64,000 nucleotides of DNA, from NCBI GenBank assembly GCA_030141605.1, contig JAQGDQ010000203.1, positions 1 to 64,000 of the forward strand. The letters run 5' to 3'. The stretch's first letter is position 1, and every line of letters begins with the position of its first letter. The position numbers and the translations under genes are program-made. Positions 14,401 to 26,916 of this stretch are shown here, one piece after another. This DNA comes from Tubiluchus corallicola. Taxonomy: Eukaryota > Animalia > Priapulida. The notes under the pieces are model-generated. The model did not search any database. It saw only the letters and a program-made list of their open reading frames with translations, and was not told where the DNA came from.

Positions 14401-15598
14401 ACTTCACTGGATCAAACCCAAGGTAATTAGCATTGTAATCTGATCCGCGCGCCGGATTTTTCATTATGTCTTCGTCTGAGCTCCACGACTTTCGGTTTTC
14501 AGGAGCAAAATCGGATCCCCAAATCGAACACTTGTATTCCGGATTTGGTTCGCCAGTTTGACGTTCGTTAAAGTTGAGTAGAGAAGGGTAATTAGATGAA
14601 CTCTTTCTCCATTCGTTAGTCGATTGATGACTTTTTATAAGATTTTCATGGAATGATTTAATCTTCTTTGGACTTTTTCTGGTTAGATCACTTGAGCCAG
14701 AACACGATTGGTTAGCATCTGAAGAAAATTTCCTAATGGAGTCAATACTCGATTGGTTAGCATCTGAAGAAAATTTTCTAATGGAGCCAGTTTTGTGTTT
14801 AGAAGCTGCAGAGCCGCTGGTTTCTGTTGTTTTCATGACTTTGTTTCTCGTCAGGTTTTTCTTGTTAAAATCAACGATCAAACAGTCAGGACTATTCATC
14901 TCATTTTTCATTTTTTCATCTTCAGTGTTTTTATGTTCTTCGTTGTTGATGTAATTGGTTTTTCTACCGTTCACTTTATCAACTTTTAATTCGCATTTTG
15001 GTTTACTTTCCTCTACATCTTTTTCAGGGATATTTTCTTTGGCAGTCAATACACACTTGGTTTTGTTTTCTACTGTTTTTTCAACTTTCGTAATTTCTTC
15101 AAGTTCTGAGTCCCACTGTGGTTTATTTTGTTCCTGGTTTTTATGCGTTAATCTATTTTGAATATCGCATGCCCTGCTTTTAACTTCATCAACGTCTTGC
15201 TTATTTTTGCATAATGAAGTAATTTGATTGACCTCGTTTGACTTGTAACTATCAGATTTTCTCCCATCATCTCTGATTACCATGACAGCGCGCTCAAACG
15301 GCAAATGCGGCTGAAAACCTTCCATTTTCTTCACAATTTGACAATTGTTGTTGTCGCCATTGCAGATTATCCAGGCGGTGGGTGGAGGCACGCACACTCC
15401 ATCTACCGGACACCCCAAAACGCATTCTGGACAGATGGTAGTTTCAAAACCGGCTGGTGGCGCGTCCAGGCAACAATCAGTGCTTATGCAATCAAGACAG
15501 TAACAAACTACTGTAACAGGTGTGATACCAGTATTCCTGTTTAGTGATGTTTTCCCAGTTTTCTGCAGGGCATGACGTTGTTGCGATTTCATAGTAAC
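11497..15598 (-). CDS. Giant coding exon (about 4.1 kb) of an uncharacterised, largely disordered protein; possibly a PDZ-domain scaffold
   Basis: Stop-free 1369-codon non-repetitive ORF (11483-15592) in AT-rich DNA. Acceptor TTCTTTTTCATAG lies 6 nt before the ATG at 15592, and donor ATGG|GTAAGA follows 11497. The exon ends ...DSGLASEGSVEVIVQLHKDFFMG, resembling a PDZ beta-A strand and carboxylate-loop entry. The product identity is inference. Confidence 0.8.
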
Positions 15599-17496
15599 CT
15601 ATGAAAAAGAACAGAGTTGTCACTCAATAGATTAAGCCGGAGAATAAATGAATCACTCAATGCAAGTGTCTAATGAAACTAATAATCAACAATGAAGGCC
15701 TGGTGATTAACTGTAGCATGAAATTTGAACAACAGCAGATTATGTAATCCAAAAATGAATAAAAAATGGATAATTCTGGAGAATTTCATACTATGTGACT
15801 GACCGTTTGACTTTACTCATACATTACAGTACAATAAATTATTATACCACTTTCTGACACAGTATTTTTATTGACAAGTGACACTGCATTGAGAGAAACT
15901 TCAAGTTATTCATTATAGAGCAGCCAGGATAATTTTTAAAGTAGAAGTAGACGGCATATACTTGACATATAAAAAAGGCTACATTGGTTACATCTAGAAT
16001 GTCGTAGAACGTACATACCGGTTGTCTAATGAACAAATCAGTAAGATCAAATAACCAACCACCTAAATGTGGAGTCATGGATAACAGATTTATCTTTATA
16101 CTTATATAACATAATTATTCCATCAGACAAGCACAACAGTTTTTTGAGAATCCCGCCTATTAGAACTAAAGTTAGGAAATGAACAGCAGTATGTAAAGAG
16201 AGCAGAGTATGGAACGGTATGCCATTCGATATCCAGGATGTACACAAGTACACATTGCCATTTAAATACATATTAAAGAAATTTTACTCAAGGCGGTACG
16301 GAAATGGAACTCACGGGTAGTTAAAATTAGCAGTCATTTTAAATTTGTCGTTTTTAGTTACCCTTTTAATTTTAGAAGCTTAAAACTGCTTGTCTTTGGT
16401 GCCTATTTTATTTATTGTAACGAGGCTATGATTTATTGCTGTCTGTCAGTCTGTCGGTCGGTTGTTTAGTTAATTAATGAAATTACGCAAAAACTGGTTC
16501 TCCAAATTTCTGCGTTTCTTTGTGGAAGGTAGGGGCACGTAACAAGGGACGTCCGGGAGGAACGGGAAGAAAGAGGGGACCGCCAGAAGTGAGAGTTTTT
16601 TGACGGTTTTTTCACAAAACTTTGACGAACACAGAGCAAAGAGCGGTTTGTGCGTTGCTACTTGGGAATCTTTGGAGAGTTTTATAAGTATTTAGAAAGA
16701 GTAGTAGCTGCGCTGTAAGGTAGAATAGTCCTCTTTTAAGCACGCTCAATAAAATGAACAATAGATAGTTATTTCCAAAACTGGTGACTCCTTAAGCAAG
16801 CGGCTGAGTAGGAGACCTACTAATTTGAACTGAATTTTCACTCTTTTATACAAGACCATAAACTTGGCAATTCTAGCATCTAGCATCTAGCATCTAGCAG
16901 TCTTAAATGGATTTGTGGCATATTGTCAGATCAAATATGAATTTTAAATTTGATTTGATTCATTTGTGTTTTAATCACCAATATGACGATGGATGACCGA
17001 TACAGACAATGTGAATTTTACTAGTGCAATCAAAATCCGAAGCTTCATTTCTGCAAAAAGTTGCTGCTTTGACAGACATTCGACGAGTCTTACTAATTTG
17101 TTTTACCAGGTTTCTTACACTGTATATCAACTTCAGTGTCTGACAACCTGCTCATATATTTTCGTTTTCTTATAAATCATTGGCACCTCCTCGCTGGATG
17201 TGACATTGTTTTGTCTCTATAATAATAATCTTAGGATATATTTTTTAAACGCCAATACTTGTCTGTTTGATTTTCCCAGTAAGAAATGACGCCAGTATAT
17301 TGCATCGAAATTAAATACGAAGGTTCTAAATATAGCACCACTACCTTCTAGTTGGTGTGTGTGGTCTGAAATTTTGCAGCATAAATTTAAATCCGCAAAG
17401 CTAAAAAATTAAGTATGCGCTGTGGTACCTCACCACTGTCATAGTGCCATCATTATCCACAGGGAAAAACTACTATTGTATATTCTTATTAATTAC

Positions 17497-17700
17497 CTGC
17501 TAAGAATCTCGCACAAACAAAAAACGCCAAACACAGAAAACACTGAAAAACACAAAAATTAACAGAGACGTCAATCGTGGAGGCAGTGAGTTGCCAGACT
17601 GTCTGCTGAAGCCGACACCTCGCCGGGAAGGTAAGTCAGAAGCCAATTAAAGCACGTGGTGCAGTGTCACGTGACCTGCTCTCGGATTCATTCAGCTAGC
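17497..17700 (-). promoter_or_regulatory. Candidate promoter and non-coding first exon for the giant-exon gene
   Basis: Locally CpG/GC-enriched patch with CCAAT (about 17643), CACGTG and GTCACGTGAC E-boxes (about 17653-17675), and a minus-strand donor GCAG|GTAATT at 17497/17496. Confidence 0.3.
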
Positions 17701-18013
17701 GTAACGGAAGATTTCTCGTATACGGTGCAGTACAATAAGACTTGCCTCAAGCATTTTTCTTTCTTTAAACTTTTATTTTAGTAAAAGCGACATTAAAGTT
17801 TGAGTATTCAATAAAACACAAACCAGATAATGCGAACTACGTTTCAGTTTTTTTTCAGGGGCTCTTCGCTGCCTAACATTTGAGCTTCAACGTTTGATTT
17901 CAATGACATTTTGTCCAGATTTTATGCTAATAATTTTAATTTTTGCATCTGCAATTTTTATCATTTCACTCTTTGATTAGAATTGTCACTAATAAATAAA
18001 AATCGATAGCATG

Positions 18014-18347
18014 ATTGTTGTTGTTGTTGTTGTTGGCATCCTTCTGTCTCGGAAGACAATGGAATGTGCGCAGAGAGTCAGTTATTGATCACACTGATGG
18101 AGCTGCAGCGTCGACTGTGGCTGAGCAGTGCGATCCTTGAACGTCTCCAGGGCGCACGCCTGGGCAAGGTGTATGGAGATCCTGAGTTGCCCAGACAACA
18201 GGAACCCCCTCTCTTCCTTCCTGGTGTAGTCCAAAGGAAAGCGGAGCGATACGTTTGGCACCAGGTTGGCTGCAGGAGCTGCCGGAGTCAGTGAGCATGC
18301 TGCACTGGTCCGCCTTCGGGGCTCCACTCCTGATTTGGAAGGTTTAT
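18014..18347 (-). mobile_element. Bipartite, internally deleted RTE-clade (AviRTE/BovB-like) non-LTR element with a (CAA)n tail
   Basis: GC-rich island. The minus strand encodes SRIALLSHSRRC (RTE ORF C-terminal motif), then a 3'UTR ending GAGACAGAAGGATGCC and (AAC)n. The portion 18143-18347 resembles RTE 5'UTR sequence as I recall it. Confidence 0.65.
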
Positions 18348-18484
18348 TCCTCTACGTATGTGTCATTGTGTTCGTATAGTTACAATCATTATAAGCAGCT
18401 AATATACAAAGATACATTACGAAACAAATAGACAGACAGATAAAGAGATATACAGACAGAGAGATAGACAGAAGGAGTGAAAAA

Positions 18485-19136
18485 AAAGATGGCCATGGCA
18501 CTGTGATCGAACTGGTAATTGAAAAATTTACGCATTGATTTATTATGAGCAACCATAAGTTTGTTCAGATTTTAATTATGAAAGTGCTGCCAGGCGCTAT
18601 TACAATAAGTATTCAATAGACGCGTTTTTACACCATTGGTGCAACAGTAAAATTTACGGCATAGCTTATTTGCTCCGAGAGTAATATATGCCTACTTGTC
18701 GTACGATATCTAGATCGTCTCTGTTGTCCCTAGAAATGATGTGACCAAGATATTTTTCATTATCACAAAGCTCACTAACAGATCCAGCTAACTTAACTGT
18801 TCCGAACTCAAAGTTGCTCATATTGGAAGGCGTTATAGTCAGAAGCTTAGTTTTGTCAACAAAATATTAAAATATCAAATTTTGCTGTATAATCAATATA
18901 TATATCACATAATTTCATCAGAGCAGTTGTCGTGGTACTTAACAGGCAAATTGGCAATTGGTACTTAACAACATTTGGCATCTCAGTTTCAATGAGTGTT
19001 AAAAACAGTTTAAAATAATTAATTCTATCGAAAGCTTTGGAGGCGTCTAAAAACGTTATATGTACAGCACTTTGACGGTCTATATAATAGTCTACTACTT
19101 TTTTTAACATGTTAATACATAACTCAGTACAAATTC
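18485..19136 (-). mobile_element. Decayed non-LTR retrotransposon RT/3' fragment (same family as 62160-63170)
   Basis: Translates to ITFLDASKAFDRINY...ICLLSTTT and aligns by eye to the copy at 62160-63170, with an internal deletion. Confidence 0.85.
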
Positions 19137-19669
19137 TTCACATAAAATAACAAAATTATAAAAGTTTACAGAGACAGAAGATAAAGCGATGGGTGTGAAA
19201 TCATTTCTCTCTATTTTTGTCTTTAGTAAGTGGCACAATTACTGATAAATAAATAAATAAATTACTGATAGAGATGTGATTTGATTTTAGTCTTTACTGC
19301 AAACGCTAGGTTCATACACACAAAAATACATTCAGGACAAATAATTATATACAACAGTTATAAATATTTACAATTATAAAGACTTAGTTAGTGGCACACA
19401 AAGTAAATGATTGAATAAACTATTAAAAAATTACATCGGCAAGGCACTATCGAAAACAATAAAGAAGTTCTATCCATTTCTTTCTAATGGAAGAAGTAAA
19501 GAATGCATCGCGTTCACTTAAATGCTTACAAATATCATTCTCACTAATAGCAATTCTATTACGAAGACTAACTACACACTTTCTATTGATAACATCGAAG
19601 TATTTGATATCGAGATTTGTAGTAATACTTCTAGCAGTAGCGTCATAAGGGTATTTAAAGTATTTTCTA

Positions 19670-19760
<91 letters not shown>
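19670..19760. repeat. (AG)n microsatellite
   Basis: Visible dinucleotide run. Confidence 0.95.
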
Positions 19761-20481
19761 CTTCTCGTTCTTTAAAACGAGTTTAATTCCTTCGTCTGTT
19801 ATCATTGTTACATTTTTTCAGTTTGACAGTCGGTTATTTTGTCTCCAGTTTGAATCGTTTTTAAATTGTCTCCTATGATCTTTAACCAGAAGGGTGGCTG
19901 ACTTGCTAATCTTGCTAACCTTTACATTTTTTCGCTACCCTTTCTCTAAATTAATACCTTTCTTGTTTCTGGAGTACTCTATTGTGTTACAAGCGATCAA
20001 TAAATTTAATCTGGATCTGTTAATAAAGTCAAAATGAGAACTAAACCCTAACATCTTTTGCAAATAGAATAACACAAACAAGTCTTGAAGTTGTGTAATA
20101 CAACCTTAGAAAATCTAACATAATATTATGCATATCGCAATGATTGTATTCATATTATGCTTGACATATGCTTTCATGTTTCACCTGTTGCTGCTTATAA
20201 CTTATTAGGTGATTACATTAAAAACTTGTTCCGGCTAAAAGTAACAATAATATTTTAGATACAAAGCCTGATCGGGGAACAGATTTTTTGGGCATTTATA
20301 ACAAAACAAATGCTTTACGTTTTTTTTCTGAATTAAGAATGTAGTACTAGGGAAAAACCAAAGGCTTTGGGGAAGATTTTTTAGGGCCCGTTGAATTTCA
20401 GAACAAACAGCCTTATAGGAACCATGTCATTACTGATTAATATAGAATATTACTCTCATAAAAGAGTTCCCATTGTTACTG

Positions 20482-20609
20482 GTTGTCATAGCAACAGCAT
20501 TGAGAACAAGGTTAGATTGAAAAATAGTTTCGGAAATCTTGTTTTTCACCATTATACGAACTGACAAGAAATCTTGACACACAGGAAAGGTAGCAGTTAC
20601 CATAGTAAC
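20482..20609. promoter_or_regulatory. Pair of RFX X-box-like palindromes
   Basis: GTTGTCATAGCAAC (20482-20495) and GTTACCATAGTAAC (20596-20609) compared with the consensus GTNRCC-N0-3-RGYAAC. Confidence 0.35.
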
Positions 20610-23416
20610 GATACAAAAATCGTTTGCCCTATAATTTGACTGTATAATTATATAATTGTAATTTTATACAAGAATGCCGAGAGTAGTGTACAGTATAGGT
20701 AAAAATTTTTAACAGGAATAAAAAGTAACATGAATGAATAGGGTACCAATAAATACATTTTTGGGCTGGTCTGAGACAGGACAATTTTTAGGATAGTGCG
20801 CCCTAATGGGCTATTCACATTTTTTCTGCTATTATCCAGATGAACACAATGAAGCACATCACAATACAGAACAAAGTCAACTGTCAAAACTTATATGACT
20901 ACGGCATTGTATAGCCTTATCCTTGCCATGCACAAATCTGTACATTTTCATGTAGTCATCTGCGCCTAAATTTCAACCGAAGACCAATTCATGTGGACAC
21001 TAGAATACTACATAACATACTGATTCAGAAAAGTCAAACGGTATTTGTGTTGTAATTAATTCCCACAAGTATTAATTTCAGCGGCTATTCCTAATAGCCT
21101 AAGAGTGCTTTGTGCAACTTTACCGGGATCTTTTATTAAACACACGTATTTTAATTTTTTGTGAAAAGTTTTATAAAACTGATTTCATGGTTTTAAAAAT
21201 TAGTTGTCCTATTCGTTTTGATAATGAGAAAATTATATCTTCGTCCAACTTCTAGTATTATTTATACATACATGTATATATGTGTGTTTAATTTTTTCCT
21301 ATATGATGTTCAAATGCACGTGCGTTTATTTTTGTACTTGAGTATTGTAAATAATGTGCCTGTGCTTGCCTAGTTAAAGTTTGTCAAAGCATAATTCCCT
21401 GCGAAAAGGTTTTCAAAATTTGTAATTGTAAGTACTACGCATGTACGTACATACTGTATCTTTATTTTATTGATTTAAAAGAATAAAAGGAAAGAAAGTT
21501 TCGGATATTCCGTCGCTTCAAAATTAATTTAGTGTTAACAAGAGTTAAGCTAGATCATGCTGCCACCTTGTGAGAGAAAATTGAAGATGTCAGCTTGAGT
21601 TTGTCTCAGTCTTGCAGAACACTTGAAATAAAATCGTATGTACACATAAGATTATTACAAAGTAACGTAGATGACATAATAAAGAAACTGAGTAGTATTA
21701 CCAAACATGTTTTGTAGAGTGTGAAATGTTTCCTTGTTTATTTTAATTTGTTTATTTTCGTTATTAAGCCAGATTAAGCTGCAATGTTGCACAACTATCT
21801 TATGCGTTTTTAGAAACATCTTTCTTTTTAGCGTACTTTTGCATCCAAGACAAAAAAAGCTTTATTGAACCTGCAATCCAAATGGGTAATGTAGTTAGAA
21901 AAATATCTTTTCTTAAAGTTACAGTTTACCGAAGACTTAATTAGCTATAAGTACCACTGAGTTACGCACAGTAGTAGGATTGTTACTTTCAATTTTGTTA
22001 TTATGTTATTTCTAGCTTTCAATTTCTACTGCTTTGTATTTTTGAAATTACGGTAATCTATTGCTATTATAGGACAAAGCGAGTACACAGAACTGATATT
22101 AGCGAATAAGGCTCATCTGTACAATGACTTTACTATCTTGAAAATCCTGAGATTAGAACTCCAAATCCTCCGTCTTAATACCAATTGAAGCTTGATCCCA
22201 GCGTTTTGAGATCTGCGGTAACACTTAGCCATTGATTTGGGTTTGCTAGTATTGGTGCATCCGTTGGTTTCGCATAACACTCCAAAACTGATGGATTTAA
22301 AGACCAAATGGTTAAACGAGTTTCAGATAGACTGACACACTTCAGATATTAATGAAGACTTTTAAGTCAGAGTATTATTAAACTATAAAATTGAAATTCT
22401 AGGCCAGTTGCTTGACACCCACAATACTGACCCGAATAAAAGTAAAAGCCTCGGGACAAAGTTGCAAGTTCTAAATTTATAGCTGTGACTTAAATATTTC
22501 GCCAATAGACGGAAACGCACACAACGTATATGTTTTATTTTTGCTTATTGGTTGTTTTTTATTTATTGGAAACACCAATGGTGAATTTCATTTTAGCATG
22601 AGGTCTGATATTAGTGAAAACAATTCACTGTTAACTTGCTATCTAGGTTAAATGATCAATGTTTCTTCCATTATTCCCATGTGCTATACATAAAACGTTT
22701 ATTTAAATTCAAAAACTTATTATAAAAACTGGTTGATCTTATGCACGAGAAAGAGTCAAATAGGGGATTGAAATTAGGTAATTCTTTTTGTTTTACATAG
22801 CCACAACTAATTAAATTTTGATACTAAAGTTGAAAACATGAAATGTGAAAAAGTCGGAACACAGTCTGGAACCAAGAATCTTCTGTTTACGAGACAAAGG
22901 CCTTAGACTTCTAGGCCACCATATTCCCCAGTAATCGCAGCACTCCAAGGCACTGGCCAACTAATTCAGCATTTCCAATTCTAGATAACTCACTTCAGGG
23001 CTTTTTTACTTTATTAGTTTAATTTTTTCATCTTGATTTATTTTTTTGATTAATTAAGTCAATTTGATTGTTTTGTGCAGCCAGGAATAAACTGAATGGA
23101 CCTCATTCCTCAGGGAAATTCGGGACTATTGCAAGTATAACCGAGAAGGTTGAGGAAGAGGTAGATTTATTTAATAAATTTTCACATAAAAGTTTATGCA
23201 AGTTTTTTTGTGTAATTGGTGGTCATCGAGAAATGGAAAGGAAATGCGTTATTTGTTATTTACAAGTTCATCTTTTTTTATTTACCTATCTTTATCTAAG
23301 TTTTTCTAAGCCGATATCCGAACGTCTTGTAAAATTTTCAAATGTTTGTTGTTTGTTATAGGAAAACTGTGTACTGTAATATACGTAACAATGTACATAG
23401 TGTCATGGCATATTTG

Positions 23417-23677
23417 AAACTAAACTAAACTAAACTAAACTAAACTAAACTAAACTAAACTAAACTAAACTAAACTAAACTAAACTAAACTAAACTAAAC
23501 TAAACTAAACTAAACTAAACTAAACTAAACTAAACTAAACTAAACTAAACTAAACTAAACTAAACTAAACTAAACTAAACTAAACTAAACTAAACTAAAC
23601 TAAACTAAACTAAACTAAACTAAACTAAACTAAACTAAACTAAACTAAACTAAACATATATATATATATATATATAA
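23417..23677. repeat. (AAACT)n pentanucleotide microsatellite followed by (TA)n
   Basis: Perfect pentamer run at 23417-23655. Confidence 0.97.
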
Positions 23678-24265
23678 TAATCTTTATTTGCCATTAAAAA
23701 CATTGATAATCACTGATAAAAACTTTATAGAGATAATCAATCAGTGTTAGTTAATAAAAACTTACACTGCTGAAGGCAAATGCGTCAGTGCAATCTAAAC
23801 TACTGTGCAGTAATGACGAATAAAATCAAACATATTTACAACTATACACAAAAAAATATAAAAAAAAACTATGATTTAATTAATATGGCCGTGGGTATAT
23901 GAATTCGGAATTAGTGTGTATGTTGTCGTACTGGTGTGATGGTATTTCATATCTGGTTAATATTAGTGATTTTAATTTTGTTTTGAATGCTGATAGGGAC
24001 TTGATTTGTTTAACCTGTAATGGTAGAGAATTCCAAAGTAAAATTGCTTGTTTGATTACAGAGTTCGTTCCATAGTGGGTATTTGTCCTAATTTGTTTTA
24101 GATTGAATGTTCTGGAATTAACGATAGGATTTGGAAAAAAGGTAAATCTGTTATTCTGGAATGGTTTGCTGATGTTGTTAATGTATTTAAATATAAAAAG
24201 CAGAGTAAAATATTCTTTGTGTGCTTCAATGATTGGGAATTTTAAAGTTTTTCTCAGGTTAGTTG
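23678..24265 (-). mobile_element. 5'-truncated CR1/L2-group LINE 3' end
   Basis: The minus strand reads RTNTHYGTNSVIKQAILLWNSLPLQVKQIKSLSAFKTKLK (WNSLP...FK C-terminal motif), followed by a 3'UTR with AATAAA abutting the (TA)n tail. Confidence 0.75.
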
Positions 24266-24270
24266 TTGAA

Positions 24271-24463
24271 GAAACGAAACGAAACGAAACGAAACGAAAC
24301 GAAACGAAACGAAACGAAACGAAACGAAACGAAACGAAACGAAACGAAACGAAACGAAACGAAGCGAAGCGAAGCGAAGCGAAGCGAAGCGAAACGAAAC
24401 GAAACGAAACGGAACGGAACGGAACGGAACGGAACGGAACGAAACGAAACGAAACTAAACTAA
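24271..24463. repeat. (GAAAC)n/(GAAGC)n/(GGAAC)n compound pentanucleotide microsatellite
   Basis: Visible pentamer runs, ending in AAACTAAACT. Confidence 0.95.
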
Positions 24464-26691
24464 CTATTTCCGCAGTTCACAACTAACGCTTAACACAAAA
24501 ATTAAAAACAACACAACTATTAAAGTATAAAATATTTTAAACACACATAGTATCCACCGCAATTTTTTGGTTAGTTGGTTGTGAGGTGGCCTATAAAGAG
24601 GTATGCTTCGTTGTTGGCGTAGTGCATATTATACGTTTAGCTGGTTACTGATTAACAGTAGGGAAATTTTCTGTGACGTCATAATAAAGCGCTACAGAAA
24701 AATTGTTGAAACAAAAGGCAATTAAGGAAGTCAGGGCAGAACAATTGATGACAGCTTTTGATCCTAACCCAAGCGCGTGTAGTTTAGTAAATTATACTCT
24801 GCAAGACTTGAGCTAATTTTCACTCTAACTTTCTTAACATAGTCTTAACATAGGACTTCGATTATTTAATGCAAATGTTGCCATCACGAAAGAAATGAGT
24901 TCTAAAGTCAAGGAGGACTTAAGACCTTGCAGAAAGATGGCTAAAGATGTTCAATTGCATTAACCAAATTTATATAAATATAGAATTAGAAAAACTTACG
25001 CTGTTAGATACAGATAGGAGTGGTTGAAATGTTTTAGTAATGGTACTGCTTCAAAATGTCTCTGAGAACTGAGAAACGTGATGAGAACTTGATGATGATA
25101 AGAGTTTCTTATAAGTTATAATTATAGATATCTAGACGTTATGTGATAATAATACAAAGTGATTTTATTTCGTGTCAGTTGCAATATTCACTAAATTTTG
25201 CAGTCACTGGTATATTGTAGCCCATATATTTGTCCCATTATGGCATACTCAATATAGCTGTCGGTGTATTTTTAATATTGGGTATTTGGAATTATACTGA
25301 TGCTCTGTAGCCAACTGTGAATACAGCTGATGAAATTAAATGTAAGGCAGTAAAACAAAAGTTTCCTCAACCATGTTGGCAATTAGTGAACGTGTGTATG
25401 CCCCTTTGCAATTTTAGGCAAAGTCCCATTTATAGTAATGTGTTTTTGTACTGCGTGTTTAGCTAAGCCGTTTTTGTGTATTTACTCTAATTTGAATAAT
25501 AATGATTCTTGTTAACAGAACAACGTTTGTCTTTGCTCACCTAAGCCAATCGTTTTGCGTCATAAAATCTACAATCCTAAATACAAAAGTTTTACAATTT
25601 TGACACCAGGCGGAGAAGCGAACGTCGACACAGAGTGAAAAATTCGACCAATCTAGCATTGAATGACAAAGGAATTAGCTAGTAGGTCTAGTTATTATTT
25701 GCCCTTCGTTACGGATGCCTGCTTTAGAGCAAGTCCTTGCAACTAATGCAGGTAGTAATGAAAAACCTACTGATTTAGCCGAGGTCAACGCAGCAACATA
25801 CTGCTTACCCACACAGTCAATCGTTTCATTTATAAACAATTTAATACTAGTATTCTTACTCTAAGCTGTTCCGCGTTGCACTTCACTGGTGAGCGCTCTA
25901 GAAGTGGCACAATGACTTTTCGTAATAAGATTGCTATAGGCTCTTTACGTACTATTGTTTATGCGCGTAGTAAAAACGAAGAACTTCTCATATAGTGATT
26001 CATTTTATTTTGTGTCATAAGAACCGTGTAAGGAACTTGCGATAGTTACTATAAAATAAATATCGTAACGTAAAGTTGGCCTCTACTATGTGAACCTGTT
26101 CTATTTAAAGACTTAAACGGTAATAATTTACAGTCATTACTTCACTAATTCTATCTAGCAATAATTTAACTAGTTTTAAATGGTTAACTAAACAATACAG
26201 TTGCACCTGTTTGTTGTTAATAACGAGGAAGCGAGGTAAAGTCTACTGGTTTATTTTATGTTAATGGATAGAGAATTTGTGTTCAAAGAAAGCAATTATA
26301 CATATATTTTGTCATTATTTCGTACAATTCATTAAACAAATCTACACGCGCTTTAAACTTTCACTATTAATAAGCAATCTTAATCTCAAAATTCTTAATT
26401 AATACCAGAAAAATAATAATAAGGGAACGACTGTTATGAAATGTTTTTAGACTAAACTGACTAAAAGAAAGAAAAGATATAATTGAAGTAAAGTTAAATC
26501 AAAGGCAATCTTGGTCGTAGTTAATGGTATGTTCTACCGTTGAGACACTGGATTTCTAATCTAATGGTATGTGGCGCAAAAATCCCAGTTCAGTTCTAAG
26601 TTTTTTGCAGTTTCTTTTTTCCACAAGTTTTGTTTGAAAAATAGTTACTGGTTGATTCACTAACGTTAGTTTTCATAATTCTAGAAGTGAT

Positions 26692-26916
26692 ATGGAGAAA
26701 ATATTAGGTGCTGTGGCATTTCTTGCAATGTTCGTCGGGGCTGGACGTTATTTACTTTCACACAAACATGACACTTCTACAGAGACGGATAATGAAGTTT
26801 TACCAATGGACAGAAGCTCATGGAAGAGTGTGAATATTGAATCTATGGATATACCCACTGAGGTCATAGAGAAATCAAAAATTGTTCAAATTGTTACAGG
26901 AGAGAAGCAAGTGGTG
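26692..26916 (+). CDS. ABHD14: ABHD14-like coding exon 1 (signal-anchor N-terminus)
   Basis: MEKILGAVAFLAMFVGAGRYLL...GEKQVV followed by donor GTAAGA. An upstream acceptor (TTCTAG, 26684) suggests a further 5' exon. Confidence 0.75.

Noticed and set aside
23417-23655. Interstitial telomeric repeat
   Set aside because: (AAACT)n / (AGTTT)n does not match TTAGG or TTAGGG types; an ordinary microsatellite.
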